Positions 19,717 through 28,928 of a DNA stretch of 64,000 nt are shown in pieces. Under the pieces are notes generated by a model. The model was not told the origin of the DNA. It ran no database searches and saw nothing but the letters and a program-made list of their open reading frames with translations. Both the position numbers and the translations under genes were made by a program. The stretch lies in assembly GCA_964535655.1 (NCBI GenBank), contig CAZHTP010000003.1, positions 131,396 through 195,395 of the forward strand, read 5' to 3'. Origin of the DNA: an uncultured Gammaproteobacteria bacterium. Its GTDB lineage: Bacteria > Patescibacteriota > Microgenomatia > JALYQM01. Numbering within the stretch: position 1 is the first letter of the stretch; each line of letters begins with the position of its first letter.

Positions 19717-20847
19717 TTATATATTTTTTGAAGCTGCTAGAAGAGAAAGCGACTTCTCTGTAGCGTTCTTCCATGTAAACTGGTTACTCCAATCCTTAGC
19801 ATTGGACTGGAATTGTTTATACAACTCCTGATTGGACACAAGATCTGTAACTCCTCGAACAAAATCCTCTTCGCTTGAAACTACGAAACCGGTGCTATTG
19901 TTATTTACACTGTTTCTTAACCCCGCAGCGTCAAAAACTACCGCTGGAGTGCCAACTGCGTTGGCTTCAATTACAACTAGGCCCCATCCTTCTTTATACG
20001 AGCCATGGACTAACATTGTTGCTTTTTGAAGTAATTCAAATTTTTTTTCCTGGGATACTTTTCCATAAAAAGTTATATCGTTATGACATTCTTCAGACTT
20101 AACTTTATTAACTACCTGTTGTCCATACGGCAATGAATGATCTCCGACAACCCATAACTTGCAATTTGATATTTCTTTTTTTATCAATTTAAAAGCACTA
20201 TATACCCGATCAAATCCTTTCATTGGACGTAATTGACTCAAAAAAATAATAGTTGGTTCTATTTCTTTAGGATACGTTTTTAAGCCATTGGGGACGGTAA
20301 CGCCGTAGGGAATTAATGTAATGTTGTTTTTAGGTATACCGATTTTTATAAGATCATCGACGGTCGTTTGTGCTCCGGCGATGATCGGTACTTTTTGATA
20401 TGCCTTAAAAAATAATGGTTCGACAAGGTTTTGCATTATCCAACTGAGCGGAAACGGTACCGTTTTTTTCCAAATGTCCCCGGCAACTTCATGTATTATT
20501 ACTACTTTTTCTTTTTTGATGTAGAGTGGCGTAAGGAACGGAGGGCCATGAATTTCATCCACAACAAAATCAAATTCTTTGTGCCATTTTGTCATCCATT
20601 TGATAAAAATAAACAGGTGGATTAGACCTAAAAACCACATCCATTTTTTTCCGATATGCTCATATTCAACTCCATTTTTTGATGTTATTGAGGTGCTTCC
20701 TGGATAATTTATGCTTACCCAGTGAACTCGATGCCCGGCTTTAACCCAGGCAATGGCGTGTTGCTCACCCGAGATTTCTGCGCCACCAGCGTTGGGATTT
20801 GTTATATCTTTCCATGAAAGCCAAAGAATGTTCATATTATTCATCAA
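19717..20847 (-). CDS. GT4-family glycosyltransferase
   Basis: KEGWGLVVIEANAVGTPAVVFDAAGLRNSV. Confidence 0.75.
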   Translation of the reverse strand: MMNNMNILWLSWKDITNPNAGGAEISGEQHAIAWVKAGHRVHWVSINYPGSTSITSKNGVEYEHIGKKWMWFLGLIHLFIFIKWMTKWHKEFDFVVDEIHGPPFLTPLYIKKEKVVIIHEVAGDIWKKTVPFPLSWIMQNLVEPLFFKAYQKVPIIAGAQTTVDDLIKIGIPKNNITLIPYGVTVPNGLKTYPKEIEPTIIFLSQLRPMKGFDRVYSAFKLIKKEISNCKLWVVGDHSLPYGQQVVNKVKSEECHNDITFYGKVSQEKKFELLQKATMLVHGSYKEGWGLVVIEANAVGTPAVVFDAAGLRNSVNNNSTGFVVSSEEDFVRGVTDLVSNQELYKQFQSNAKDWSNQFTWKNATEKSLSLLAASKNI

Positions 20848-21613
20848 ATTGCTTAATTAACCAGTTTTCTTTGTTCGCGTCATCGTAATAATGTAGAATG
20901 TGCATTCTGTAAAAAACAGCTGCTGTATCCCACAACATATTTACGATCGCTTTGCGATTTATACTCGTATTTGAAAAAACATGTGTGAGCTCTACGGGAG
21001 CTTCGTAGACCTTAGTGTAGCCTAAGTGATAGGCTACGGCGAGCATTTCGATATCAAACGCCCACCTTTTGATTAGTAATCGCGGCATGACATCTTCTAG
21101 AACCTGACGCTTAAAAATCTTGAGTCCAGTTTGTGTATCTCGAATAGTTAATCCGAAAAGCATTTTGCACACTATCTGATACCCGAAACTGTATACTCTG
21201 CGCAACCACGGATATACTACTTTTGAAGCAGGATGCCTTTTAGATCCAACAATAATGTCTGCTTTGTACCATTCCATATGCTCAAGCAGCATCGACAGCC
21301 CATTTGGATTTAAATCCATTCCTGAATCTATGAATGCGATATATTCTCCCGTAGCTTTTGAGATTCCGTATCGAACGGCGTATCCTTTGCCGCGATTTTT
21401 ATCATACGAATATAACTTTACTTTTGACTTCGGAGAAGCAACCTCTTCCTTAAATTCCTCCATCTTTTGAAAAGTTTTATCTGAGCTTCCGTCATTTACA
21501 ACAATCATTTCATAGTCATAGCGCAATTGTTCTAACACTTTTTGAATATGATCTAGGTCTTCCACTATGGTTTTTTGCTGCTTATAGGCAGGAATTATAA
21601 CTGAGATTTTCAT
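20837..21613 (-). CDS. polyprenyl-phosphate sugar transferase (DPM1/ArnC/GtrB-like GT2)
   Basis: KISVIIPAYK...MIVVNDGSSDKT...NRGKGYAVRYGISKATGEYIAFIDSGMDLNP...IRDTQTGLKIFKR...FDIEML. This is the classic Dpm1/ArnC signature. Confidence 0.8.
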   Translation of the reverse strand: MKISVIIPAYKQQKTIVEDLDHIQKVLEQLRYDYEMIVVNDGSSDKTFQKMEEFKEEVASPKSKVKLYSYDKNRGKGYAVRYGISKATGEYIAFIDSGMDLNPNGLSMLLEHMEWYKADIIVGSKRHPASKVVYPWLRRVYSFGYQIVCKMLFGLTIRDTQTGLKIFKRQVLEDVMPRLLIKRWAFDIEMLAVAYHLGYTKVYEAPVELTHVFSNTSINRKAIVNMLWDTAAVFYRMHILHYYDDANKENWLIKQFDE

Positions 21614-22962
21614 AAAGCTTTCTTACGCATTGAAAAATAGAATTGTATTGTTAGGAGCATGTATATTACTACACAACTGCCTAATACTAGTATAGAGACA
21701 GTAATTAACTGCGTAATGGTTTGATGAAAGAAGAAAATTCCAACGGCTTGAATAATTGCGGCGACCATAACCATCCCGGCTGTTTTGTTTTTTCCAACAG
21801 ATAAGAAGAAAAATGAAAAAACATTAAGCAGTGCGTAAAATAATTGCGAAATACTAAACATGCCTACATAGGGAACTGCATCAATGAATTTCTGGCCAAA
21901 GAGCATGGATATAACTAGTTTCGGGAACAGTATGTATATGGTTGTCACAAACCCTGCCCCAGCAGTCACTACTCCTAATACAACTGCAAATAATGGTAGA
22001 AAATTTTTCTTCTGAGCAACTCTTTGTACAATTTGAGGAAACATTACAATAACCAATGGTTGCGTAAAGAAAGGGATAACTTTACAAGTTATGGCTAAAG
22101 ATGAATATAAGCCTGCTTCAAATGGTGATAAGAAGGATTTAGCTAAAATTACATCGACTTGTACAAGGCTTCCCAATCCCCAAGCATTTAAGGTTGAAAA
22201 CAAAGCAAAGACTAACAATTCTCTATCAATTTTGAACGATTTGGTGGGATCAACGTAGGGCACGAAAAGATATCGCAAGAAATTTTTAGACTTTTTGATG
22301 AACTGGCTCGAATTTAGGCTTGTTTGATGGACGATGTTATCGATTGCCACCCATGATAGAGTTATAACCGCAAAAGATGAAAGTATCATTGCGATTAATA
22401 CGCCATTAACTCTTAACCCTAGCATGATAAGGGTTATTGCAAGAATGATTCTTGATGTTACCAAAATTCCAGCATATACACTGGCTGTGGCAAATCGTTG
22501 TAAGCCGGTAAATGCTCCATTTAATAGTGTTTGAGGAAATGTTGTTGCAAAGATAATACTTATTAAGATTAGCGACCAGAAATCTTTTAGTTTTAAATTA
22601 CTTAGTATCTGATTTTGAAATAAAACAAGAATACACAAAAAAATCGCTGAAAATATCAGTGAATACTTTGTCATTATTATGAGGAGTGGCTTTATTTTTT
22701 GTAACTCACCTTTTGATGAATATAGTGCTACATATTTTGTAACCAGCGTTGCTAAAACATTTGATGGTACTGAGGATAAATATAAAATCGAGACGAGTGC
22801 TAAATATTCACCATACCCCACTACTCCTAACATCCTGCCAATAATGACATTAAAGATATAACTAAGAACATTTACGCCGAACGCTCCCACGAATGCGACT
22901 GCGCTCCCCTGAAAAAAAGGGTGTTTAACAATTTTAACTACCGATTCTTTGGAGAGATTCAT
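21610..22962 (-). CDS. Wzx-like polysaccharide/oligosaccharide flippase (MOP/MATE-like superfamily)
   Basis: 450 aa, ~12-14 hydrophobic helices, polysaccharide biosynthesis protein-like; sits within the GT operon. Confidence 0.65.
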   Translation of the reverse strand: MNLSKESVVKIVKHPFFQGSAVAFVGAFGVNVLSYIFNVIIGRMLGVVGYGEYLALVSILYLSSVPSNVLATLVTKYVALYSSKGELQKIKPLLIIMTKYSLIFSAIFLCILVLFQNQILSNLKLKDFWSLILISIIFATTFPQTLLNGAFTGLQRFATASVYAGILVTSRIILAITLIMLGLRVNGVLIAMILSSFAVITLSWVAIDNIVHQTSLNSSQFIKKSKNFLRYLFVPYVDPTKSFKIDRELLVFALFSTLNAWGLGSLVQVDVILAKSFLSPFEAGLYSSLAITCKVIPFFTQPLVIVMFPQIVQRVAQKKNFLPLFAVVLGVVTAGAGFVTTIYILFPKLVISMLFGQKFIDAVPYVGMFSISQLFYALLNVFSFFFLSVGKNKTAGMVMVAAIIQAVGIFFFHQTITQLITVSILVLGSCVVIYMLLTIQFYFSMRKKAL

Positions 22963-23995
22963 ACACTGAAACCGTTTCCTGTGTCATTTTTACCAATGAG
23001 AATTTCTTAGATTGCTCAAGACTTTTTTCTTGTAATGCTTTATAGGCTGCTAGATCTAGTTCAAACATTTTTTCAATTGCTTCTGCTGTTTCGTTTATAT
23101 CATATGGATTAACAAGAATACCCGAATTACCAACTATTTCTGGCTGGCTTCCCGTATTACCTGCAATTACCGGTGTACCACAGCTCATTGACTCTAGCGC
23201 AGTTAAGCCAAATCCTTCATATAAAGAATTATGCATAGTTGCCCGAGCTAAGGTATATAGGGATGACATATCTTCCGTTGGCACGAACCCTAATCTATGA
23301 ACTCTTTTACCCAGACTAAAATTTTGAATATCCTCAACTATTTCTTGTAGCTCTGGAATTAAGGGAGCACTTTGATCAAGTGCTCTTCCAACGAGTACTA
23401 GATGAAATTCTGGATTTGTCCTCGTAAGAGCATCGAATAAGGCGTGAAAGTTTTTGTGTTTATTGATGTCTCCCACGCGAATAATATATTTTTCGGGCAA
23501 GTTATATTTTTTCTTTATTTCTTGGAGTTTATCGGCATTTTTCTCACGATGATACACAGGGTCGCAGGCGAGATAGACTGTTTCTATTTTTTCTTTTAGT
23601 ATTCCAAGATGTTTAGAGATATCGTTTTTTGAACACTCCGAATCGGTGATTATTTTGTCTACTTTTTTAAGATTTCTTTTTTGAAAATGCAGTTTTATTT
23701 TTCCCTTAACACCAGGTGGAAATAACTTTGGTAACACGAGTGGTGTAACATCGTGCACGGTCACAACAACTGGAGTGTTTTTCCTTTCTGGTAAGGTGCG
23801 GAAAAAAAGATCGAAAAATGGATAATGAATAATATCCGGTGAGATTTTATTTAGCTCGGATTCATTTTTAACTTGAAGATATTCATTACCATCATGTAGA
23901 TTTTTCAAACCTTCAACTAATTGCCTTGTGTACATGCCTACCCCTCTTGCTGCATTAGCATTGTGTAATGGTGACGTGTCTATTGCGACTTTCAT
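22934..23995 (-). CDS. GT4-family glycosyltransferase
   Basis: YEGFGLTALESMSCGTPVIAGNTGSQPEIVG. Start re-assigned to the internal ATG (MKVAIDTSPL...) at 23995. The longer track ORF would overlap the divergent gene. Confidence 0.75.
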   Translation of the reverse strand: MKVAIDTSPLHNANAARGVGMYTRQLVEGLKNLHDGNEYLQVKNESELNKISPDIIHYPFFDLFFRTLPERKNTPVVVTVHDVTPLVLPKLFPPGVKGKIKLHFQKRNLKKVDKIITDSECSKNDISKHLGILKEKIETVYLACDPVYHREKNADKLQEIKKKYNLPEKYIIRVGDINKHKNFHALFDALTRTNPEFHLVLVGRALDQSAPLIPELQEIVEDIQNFSLGKRVHRLGFVPTEDMSSLYTLARATMHNSLYEGFGLTALESMSCGTPVIAGNTGSQPEIVGNSGILVNPYDINETAEAIEKMFELDLAAYKALQEKSLEQSKKFSLVKMTQETVSVYESLQRIGS

Positions 23996-24041
23996 AGAGC
24001 AATTATACATAATTGCGCCGATTTGATACAATTTTCCTGCT

Positions 24042-24977
24042 ATGAAAGATACTAAAGATATTGGGTTAACGGTTGCCCTTGCTGTTTTCAATGAAGAAAA
24101 TACTCTACAGGAATGCCTTGAATCCATAAAATCGATTGCAGATGAAATTGTAATTATAGATGGCGGTAGCACGGATAATACTATTGATATAGCTAAATCT
24201 TTTAATGCTGTTATTATTCAAACAGATAATCCAGCTGTTTTTCATATAAACAAGCAGAAATCTCTTGGCGCTTCGCACGGAAAATGGATTCTTCAACTGG
24301 ATGCTGATGAGCGAGTTTCACCTGAGTTGGCAAAAGAGATCCGTAAGATTGTTGAGAGTAGTGATTCTGAACTTGAGAATCATGATGTAGATGCAACGCG
24401 ATACGAAATGCTTAAGAAGCATATGGAGCTCCTTGCTGCTCGGGAAGGGGCGATCGGAACAGATGAAGGCCCGATTGTTGCCTTTTTTATTCCGCGTAAA
24501 AATTATTTCCTGGGCAGGTTTTTAATGCATGGTGGAGTATACCCGGATGGAACAATACGGCTGGTACGAAACGGAAAAGCAAAATACGGATTAAAAGATG
24601 TTCATGATCAAATGATCATTGATGGACAAGTTTCATTTTTGTCTAACAATTTAATTCACATGGCTGATCCTACTTTTGAACGGTATTTGACTCGATCAAA
24701 TAGATATACCGGCTTACAAGCAAAGCAATGGTTGGAGAATGTTGGTAAGAACGGCACTCATGGAGTGCTCGGTCCCAATGCTTCAGCTCCAGGAACTTCA
24801 TTTTTATCCATTTTTAAATATATGGTTGTTTTGCCTAAAATAACATTTTTATCTCTCTATTTCCGTCACCGGGGATACCGAGATGGCTTCCCTGGTTTTA
24901 TATGGGCGCTTTACTCGGCTTTGCATATTGCTTCCAGTTATGTTAAGTATTGGGAAATGCGAAGACGCGTTAACTAG
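24042..24977 (+). CDS. family 2 glycosyltransferase
   Basis: IGLTVALAVFNEENTLQECLESIKSIADEIVIIDGGSTDNT...QLDADE. Confidence 0.8.
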   Translation: MKDTKDIGLTVALAVFNEENTLQECLESIKSIADEIVIIDGGSTDNTIDIAKSFNAVIIQTDNPAVFHINKQKSLGASHGKWILQLDADERVSPELAKEIRKIVESSDSELENHDVDATRYEMLKKHMELLAAREGAIGTDEGPIVAFFIPRKNYFLGRFLMHGGVYPDGTIRLVRNGKAKYGLKDVHDQMIIDGQVSFLSNNLIHMADPTFERYLTRSNRYTGLQAKQWLENVGKNGTHGVLGPNASAPGTSFLSIFKYMVVLPKITFLSLYFRHRGYRDGFPGFIWALYSALHIASSYVKYWEMRRRVN

Positions 24978-24993
24978 TTAGATTCCACCTGAA

Positions 24994-25002
24994 TGATATA
25001 AT
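24994..25002 (+). promoter_or_regulatory. extended -10 promoter element (TGaTATAAT) for the tRNA
   Basis: TGnTATAAT match ending 11 nt upstream of the tRNA 5' end. Confidence 0.35.
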
Positions 25003-25013
25003 GACGCATAGAT

Positions 25014-25085
25014 GTCCCCGTAGCTCAATGGATAGAGCAAGGGTTTCCTAAACCCTAGATGCAGGTTCGATTCCTACCGGGGATA
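25014..25085 (+). tRNA. tRNA-Arg (anticodon CCT)
   Basis: Hand-folded cloverleaf: acceptor GTCCCCG/CGGGGAT. D-arm GCTC-AATGGATA-GAGC. Anticodon arm AGGGT-TTCCTAA-ACCCT (anticodon CCT). T-arm GCAGG-TTCGATT-CCTAC (one mismatch). Discriminator A; CCA not encoded. Confidence 0.8.
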
Positions 25086-25088
25086 CAT

Positions 25089-25122
25089 AAAAAAGATCCC
25101 ATTTTAGTGGGATCTTTTTTAT
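25089..25122. terminator. bidirectional rho-independent terminator
   Basis: AAAAA-GATCCCA-ttttag-TGGGATC-TTTTTT hairpin with an A-run and a T-run. It sits between the convergent tRNA (+) and the lipoprotein gene (-). Confidence 0.7.
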
Positions 25123-25136
25123 TATGACAATTATTG

Positions 25137-25688
25137 TTATTGCTTCATTACACCGGTTGAGGCTTTAGGTGCAGCTGACATCATAGCGCTACCCTTGGTG
25201 GCAGTTGACCAATCTAAATTTCCGCAGGAAACATATGTCTTTAGATCGGAACCTGATTTATGGATATTAATTGCTAAGGCCCCCATATCCTTTAAGGCAC
25301 TAACAGTAACCTCTGAAGGTAAGGTTGTTTCAGACTTTCCATTAACAACGTTTGTTAGCGTGTATTTAACATCACCGGGAGTTGGACATGAACCAGTGTG
25401 AATATGGGCTGGCTCTGCTGTAGTGACACCTCCTTCGACATTGAGGGTAACTTTGATTTTTCCATCGACCTCTTCTAGCGTTGCGGTTCCATCTTGTTTG
25501 GAGCTGTTAAGTGCTGCTAGCTTGAATGATAACGGACCAATAGTTAGCGTCTCTGTAGGTGATGCTTCGACCATTGCTGAGGCTACTGGCGTCGTTGAAG
25601 TAACAGGCTGATCGGTACTGGTTGCTTTTTTTTGTGTGCATGCTGTAAGAAGTAAAACTGCAATTGCGATTAGGGCAATCTTTTTCAT
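25137..25688 (-). CDS. CHRD-domain-like lipoprotein
   Basis: MKKIALIAIAVLLLTAC lipobox. AEPAHIHTGSCPTPGD resembles the AHIHxG motif of CHRD domains. Thr/Ser-rich linker. Confidence 0.5.
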   Translation of the reverse strand: MKKIALIAIAVLLLTACTQKKATSTDQPVTSTTPVASAMVEASPTETLTIGPLSFKLAALNSSKQDGTATLEEVDGKIKVTLNVEGGVTTAEPAHIHTGSCPTPGDVKYTLTNVVNGKSETTLPSEVTVSALKDMGALAINIHKSGSDLKTYVSCGNLDWSTATKGSAMMSAAPKASTGVMKQ

Positions 25689-25754
25689 GGTAGTTTCCTT
25701 TCGATTACTGATAGTAGTTACACTATATCAAGTGTTTTTTTATATAGCAAGACA

Positions 25755-27266
25755 CTATACTTTTTTTACTTCATGATAGGCACGATCGGTGTTAATATTT
25801 TCGAGATCATACTTTTCTCCCATAATATTTCTTGCGGCATAAAGCCCCATTTGAATGGAATGATCGGAATTATTATATTTAAAGGTTCCATTGCGGCCGA
25901 TAATTTGAAGATTCTTAAATCCCTTTAAATATTCTTTTATTTTTACAACTTTTTCTTTATAACCAATATCATAGACTGGGTATTCTTTTGGGACACGATG
26001 AACATATGAACCGACAATATTTTCTTTCTCAAAATAATGGAATTCATTAATATAATTAGTGGCAACCATTTCAACCAATTCATCGTCAGTCTTGTTCCAG
26101 GTTGTGTCGCCTTCTTGGCATGCTAACTCAAAAACGATGGACGTTGTACCTGCTGGGGATAGTCCTTCTGTCCAGGAATCCATCTCCATTAGACGGACAA
26201 AAATAAGTTTTGAATCCTGGGTATAAACCCAATTATCTGGTGTGAAGTGAGCTTTATTTATCATTAAGGTAACTTGCACTTCGTCTCGGAAAGACAGGCC
26301 GTGGGCCGCTTCTGTAACATCTTTGGGAGCTGGTGGATCCATTCTGATTACTAGTTCTGTAATAGGTATACTGGAGATGCAGTACTCCGGCTGAATTCTT
26401 GTCACACTATTTTCCTCGTTGTGGTTACTTGGAATAGCTTTATTACTTATTGTGATATTTTTATCGTGAATGTCACTTGCGTCTGTTGATGTAAGCGTGA
26501 TCGCAGATATGATTCTTTCTCCATTACTTTCTGACCATTCAATTTTTGTAACATCTTTTGATAATAAAATATTATTATCGGGTTTTGCGAGAATATCTTC
26601 TTCCATTTTTTCTGCTATTCGCCCAAACCCAGTTTTAGGGTATATAAATTTATCTATTAAACTAATCACATTTTTTGATTTAACAATTGAATCCTTAACG
26701 GCAGACCAAATGGAAAGTCCTTTCGATCTTTGCGATGCCCAATCTCCGGAGAGCTCAGTCGTTTTTCTTCCCCATAATTTTTCAGTGTAGAAATGGAAAA
26801 ATTCGTAATATAGTTTATATCCAAATTGATTAATGTACGCATCGGCGATGTTATTGACTTCTTTTTTGCGTAATCCGGTTTTTAATTGAATGCGTATCCA
26901 GGCATAGGATGAAATGGCCCAGATTGCGTTAAAAATCCCAAGATTACCTAACGCATTAAGCGGTTTTAAGGGGTAATAATAATATTTTCCTTTGTAATAA
27001 ATTCTAGTTAATCTGTTAACGTCGACCAGCTCTTCGTTTAGCAAATCTTTAAGCCAATTATTAATTTCATCAGATTTGGTAAACCAGCGATGCGGGCCTG
27101 AGTCAAATGAATAGCCGTCTTTTTTTAAAGTAACGGCTAACCCTCCAACATAGGGATTCTTTTCAGCTAAAATGACTTTTTTGTTGGACTTTTTTGTTAC
27201 TTCGTGCCCTGCAGCGAGTCCGGCCAGACCTGCTCCTAATATCAATACATCAGTTTTTTGTTCCAT
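25755..27266 (-). CDS. FAD-dependent oxidoreductase (amine oxidase / UDP-galactopyranose mutase-like Rossmann fold)
   Basis: VLILGAGLAGLAAGHEV dinucleotide-binding motif at the N-terminus; 503 aa. Confidence 0.6.
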   Translation of the reverse strand: MEQKTDVLILGAGLAGLAAGHEVTKKSNKKVILAEKNPYVGGLAVTLKKDGYSFDSGPHRWFTKSDEINNWLKDLLNEELVDVNRLTRIYYKGKYYYYPLKPLNALGNLGIFNAIWAISSYAWIRIQLKTGLRKKEVNNIADAYINQFGYKLYYEFFHFYTEKLWGRKTTELSGDWASQRSKGLSIWSAVKDSIVKSKNVISLIDKFIYPKTGFGRIAEKMEEDILAKPDNNILLSKDVTKIEWSESNGERIISAITLTSTDASDIHDKNITISNKAIPSNHNEENSVTRIQPEYCISSIPITELVIRMDPPAPKDVTEAAHGLSFRDEVQVTLMINKAHFTPDNWVYTQDSKLIFVRLMEMDSWTEGLSPAGTTSIVFELACQEGDTTWNKTDDELVEMVATNYINEFHYFEKENIVGSYVHRVPKEYPVYDIGYKEKVVKIKEYLKGFKNLQIIGRNGTFKYNNSDHSIQMGLYAARNIMGEKYDLENINTDRAYHEVKKV

Positions 27267-27311
27267 AGATTTTTAATGAAGATAAACTTGATACATATTA
27301 ACAAATAGCTT

Positions 27312-28928
27312 TTAGTATTGCGAGCCGATAATTCTAAAGACATCGGTCTTATTATCTGGTGTCCTGATTGTTTTAATACCTGGTTCACCTTCAGGAATTT
27401 CTAAATTTCCTCCTACTAACAAGGTTTTGTGAAGCAACCGATCCTGGGACCAATTTACCTTGCGAAATTCATATTTATCAAAGCCTTTATTGTACTCTCC
27501 GTTGTTTACCCATATTTTTGGATCATATTTTTTATAGTATAGAAAATAAATGTATGGTTGATCGTACGCAGGAGTAATAATCACTTTATCGTAATGAGGT
27601 TCAAGCATTGATACCGTTTTAACTAACTCACGATAACCCGTTTGCCATTCAAGCGCATATTCAAAATCCATTTGGGTGTAATACTGATTAAAATAATATA
27701 TGAGATTTATGCTATAGAGAATCAGGATTACAGCGATGGGATACACCATTTGTATTTTTTTATTTCGAACGTATTGAACTAATGCAAAGATTCCCACAGC
27801 AACAGCAATCTGCGGTATTGGTAAAAAAAGAATGCTGCGGATTGCGTGTGGAGTGCCTGTTGATATTGCTGCCGGAATTGGCGCAATGACCGCCCAAAAG
27901 AAATAGATAAATTTACTACTAAATTTGGCACGAATAAGCGCCATGATGCCGATAAGAATTAGCGGAAACTCAACTAAAAAGAATAAGCCAACATCGGGAG
28001 CATGGTGGCGTGCAACTACATCTCCTTTCAGGAACATATTGATCGGATTGAAATGATTTATATATCCTTCTGTAAATTCTTTAAGGTATTCAACTCGCCT
28101 GTTGTGTAAAAATGAATCCCAACGATTTAGTTGGTTATCCTGCCGTTCATATTCTAGCGGTCTTAATATTTCGGTGGACGGATTAAATATGCTTACTGAA
28201 GAGAATCTCTCGGCTGCTGTTCCGTGAAAGAGAACTACTACAAGCGGAAGAAGTATTATTATGCCAATCAAGGTTGGAATAATTATTTGTTTGGACCGCC
28301 TGAAAATTAATTTATGATATCTTAGCGCGATTCCTATAAGTACCAGTGGTACGATGAGACGCGCTGCGTGATAGGCATATAAAGAAGTGGCAAGAAGTAT
28401 TGCAGCTAAAGTAGCATCTCTCACTTTCTCAGATGAAAGCCACTTTAGTACGAAATACATTCCCCAGGTGACAAAAAAGACGGCAATATTTCCTTCAAAA
28501 GCAGCCCGGGAAAATTGCAGATGCCAAGGCGAAATGGCAAAAACTGACATTGAGAGTAACGCGATAGTTTCTTCGTGTGGAGAGAAACTCGATTTTCTAA
28601 AGAATTCGTAGGTAAGGAAATATACACCGAGAACTGTTAATGAACCAAAGAAAGCCGCAGGGAATCGAGTGCCGAATTCATTTAAGCCAAAAATTGCGGT
28701 GGGAATGATGTCTAGATAGGTATAGGCAGGCGGCTTGTAATCGTTGAATGAACGAATCGATAACGGCCAAGAATTGCCATACTCATCCGCTCCAGTTTGT
28801 AATAGTGTGTAGGCGTTGTAGCCAAGCGAGGCTTCGTCCCAATCAAGAGATGCGGGCACTGCCCCGAGTTTGTAAAAGCGCAGGAAAATGGCTAAGATGA
28901 AGATTGCACAGAATAAGTACTTTTTCAC
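27312..28928 (-). CDS. GT-C fold membrane glycosyltransferase, PMT_2 (GT39/GT83, ArnT/PMT-like) family, paralog 1
   Basis: FLRFYKLGAVPASLDWDEASLGYNAYTLLQTGADEYG (loop-1 DE motif). About 11 TM helices; C-terminal soluble domain. Confidence 0.75.
   Translation of the reverse strand: MKKYLFCAIFILAIFLRFYKLGAVPASLDWDEASLGYNAYTLLQTGADEYGNSWPLSIRSFNDYKPPAYTYLDIIPTAIFGLNEFGTRFPAAFFGSLTVLGVYFLTYEFFRKSSFSPHEETIALLSMSVFAISPWHLQFSRAAFEGNIAVFFVTWGMYFVLKWLSSEKVRDATLAAILLATSLYAYHAARLIVPLVLIGIALRYHKLIFRRSKQIIIPTLIGIIILLPLVVVLFHGTAAERFSSVSIFNPSTEILRPLEYERQDNQLNRWDSFLHNRRVEYLKEFTEGYINHFNPINMFLKGDVVARHHAPDVGLFFLVEFPLILIGIMALIRAKFSSKFIYFFWAVIAPIPAAISTGTPHAIRSILFLPIPQIAVAVGIFALVQYVRNKKIQMVYPIAVILILYSINLIYYFNQYYTQMDFEYALEWQTGYRELVKTVSMLEPHYDKVIITPAYDQPYIYFLYYKKYDPKIWVNNGEYNKGFDKYEFRKVNWSQDRLLHKTLLVGGNLEIPEGEPGIKTIRTPDNKTDVFRIIGSQY

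Noticed and set aside
22934-24172. Full-length 412-aa track ORF for the GT4 gene
   Set aside because: The first 59 codons lack GT4 features and overlap the divergent GT2 gene. The internal ATG at 23995 (MKVAIDTSPL) is the plausible start.
25014-25085. Integrated mobile element at the tRNA
   Set aside because: No integrase, transposase or duplicated tRNA 3' end is visible in the window.
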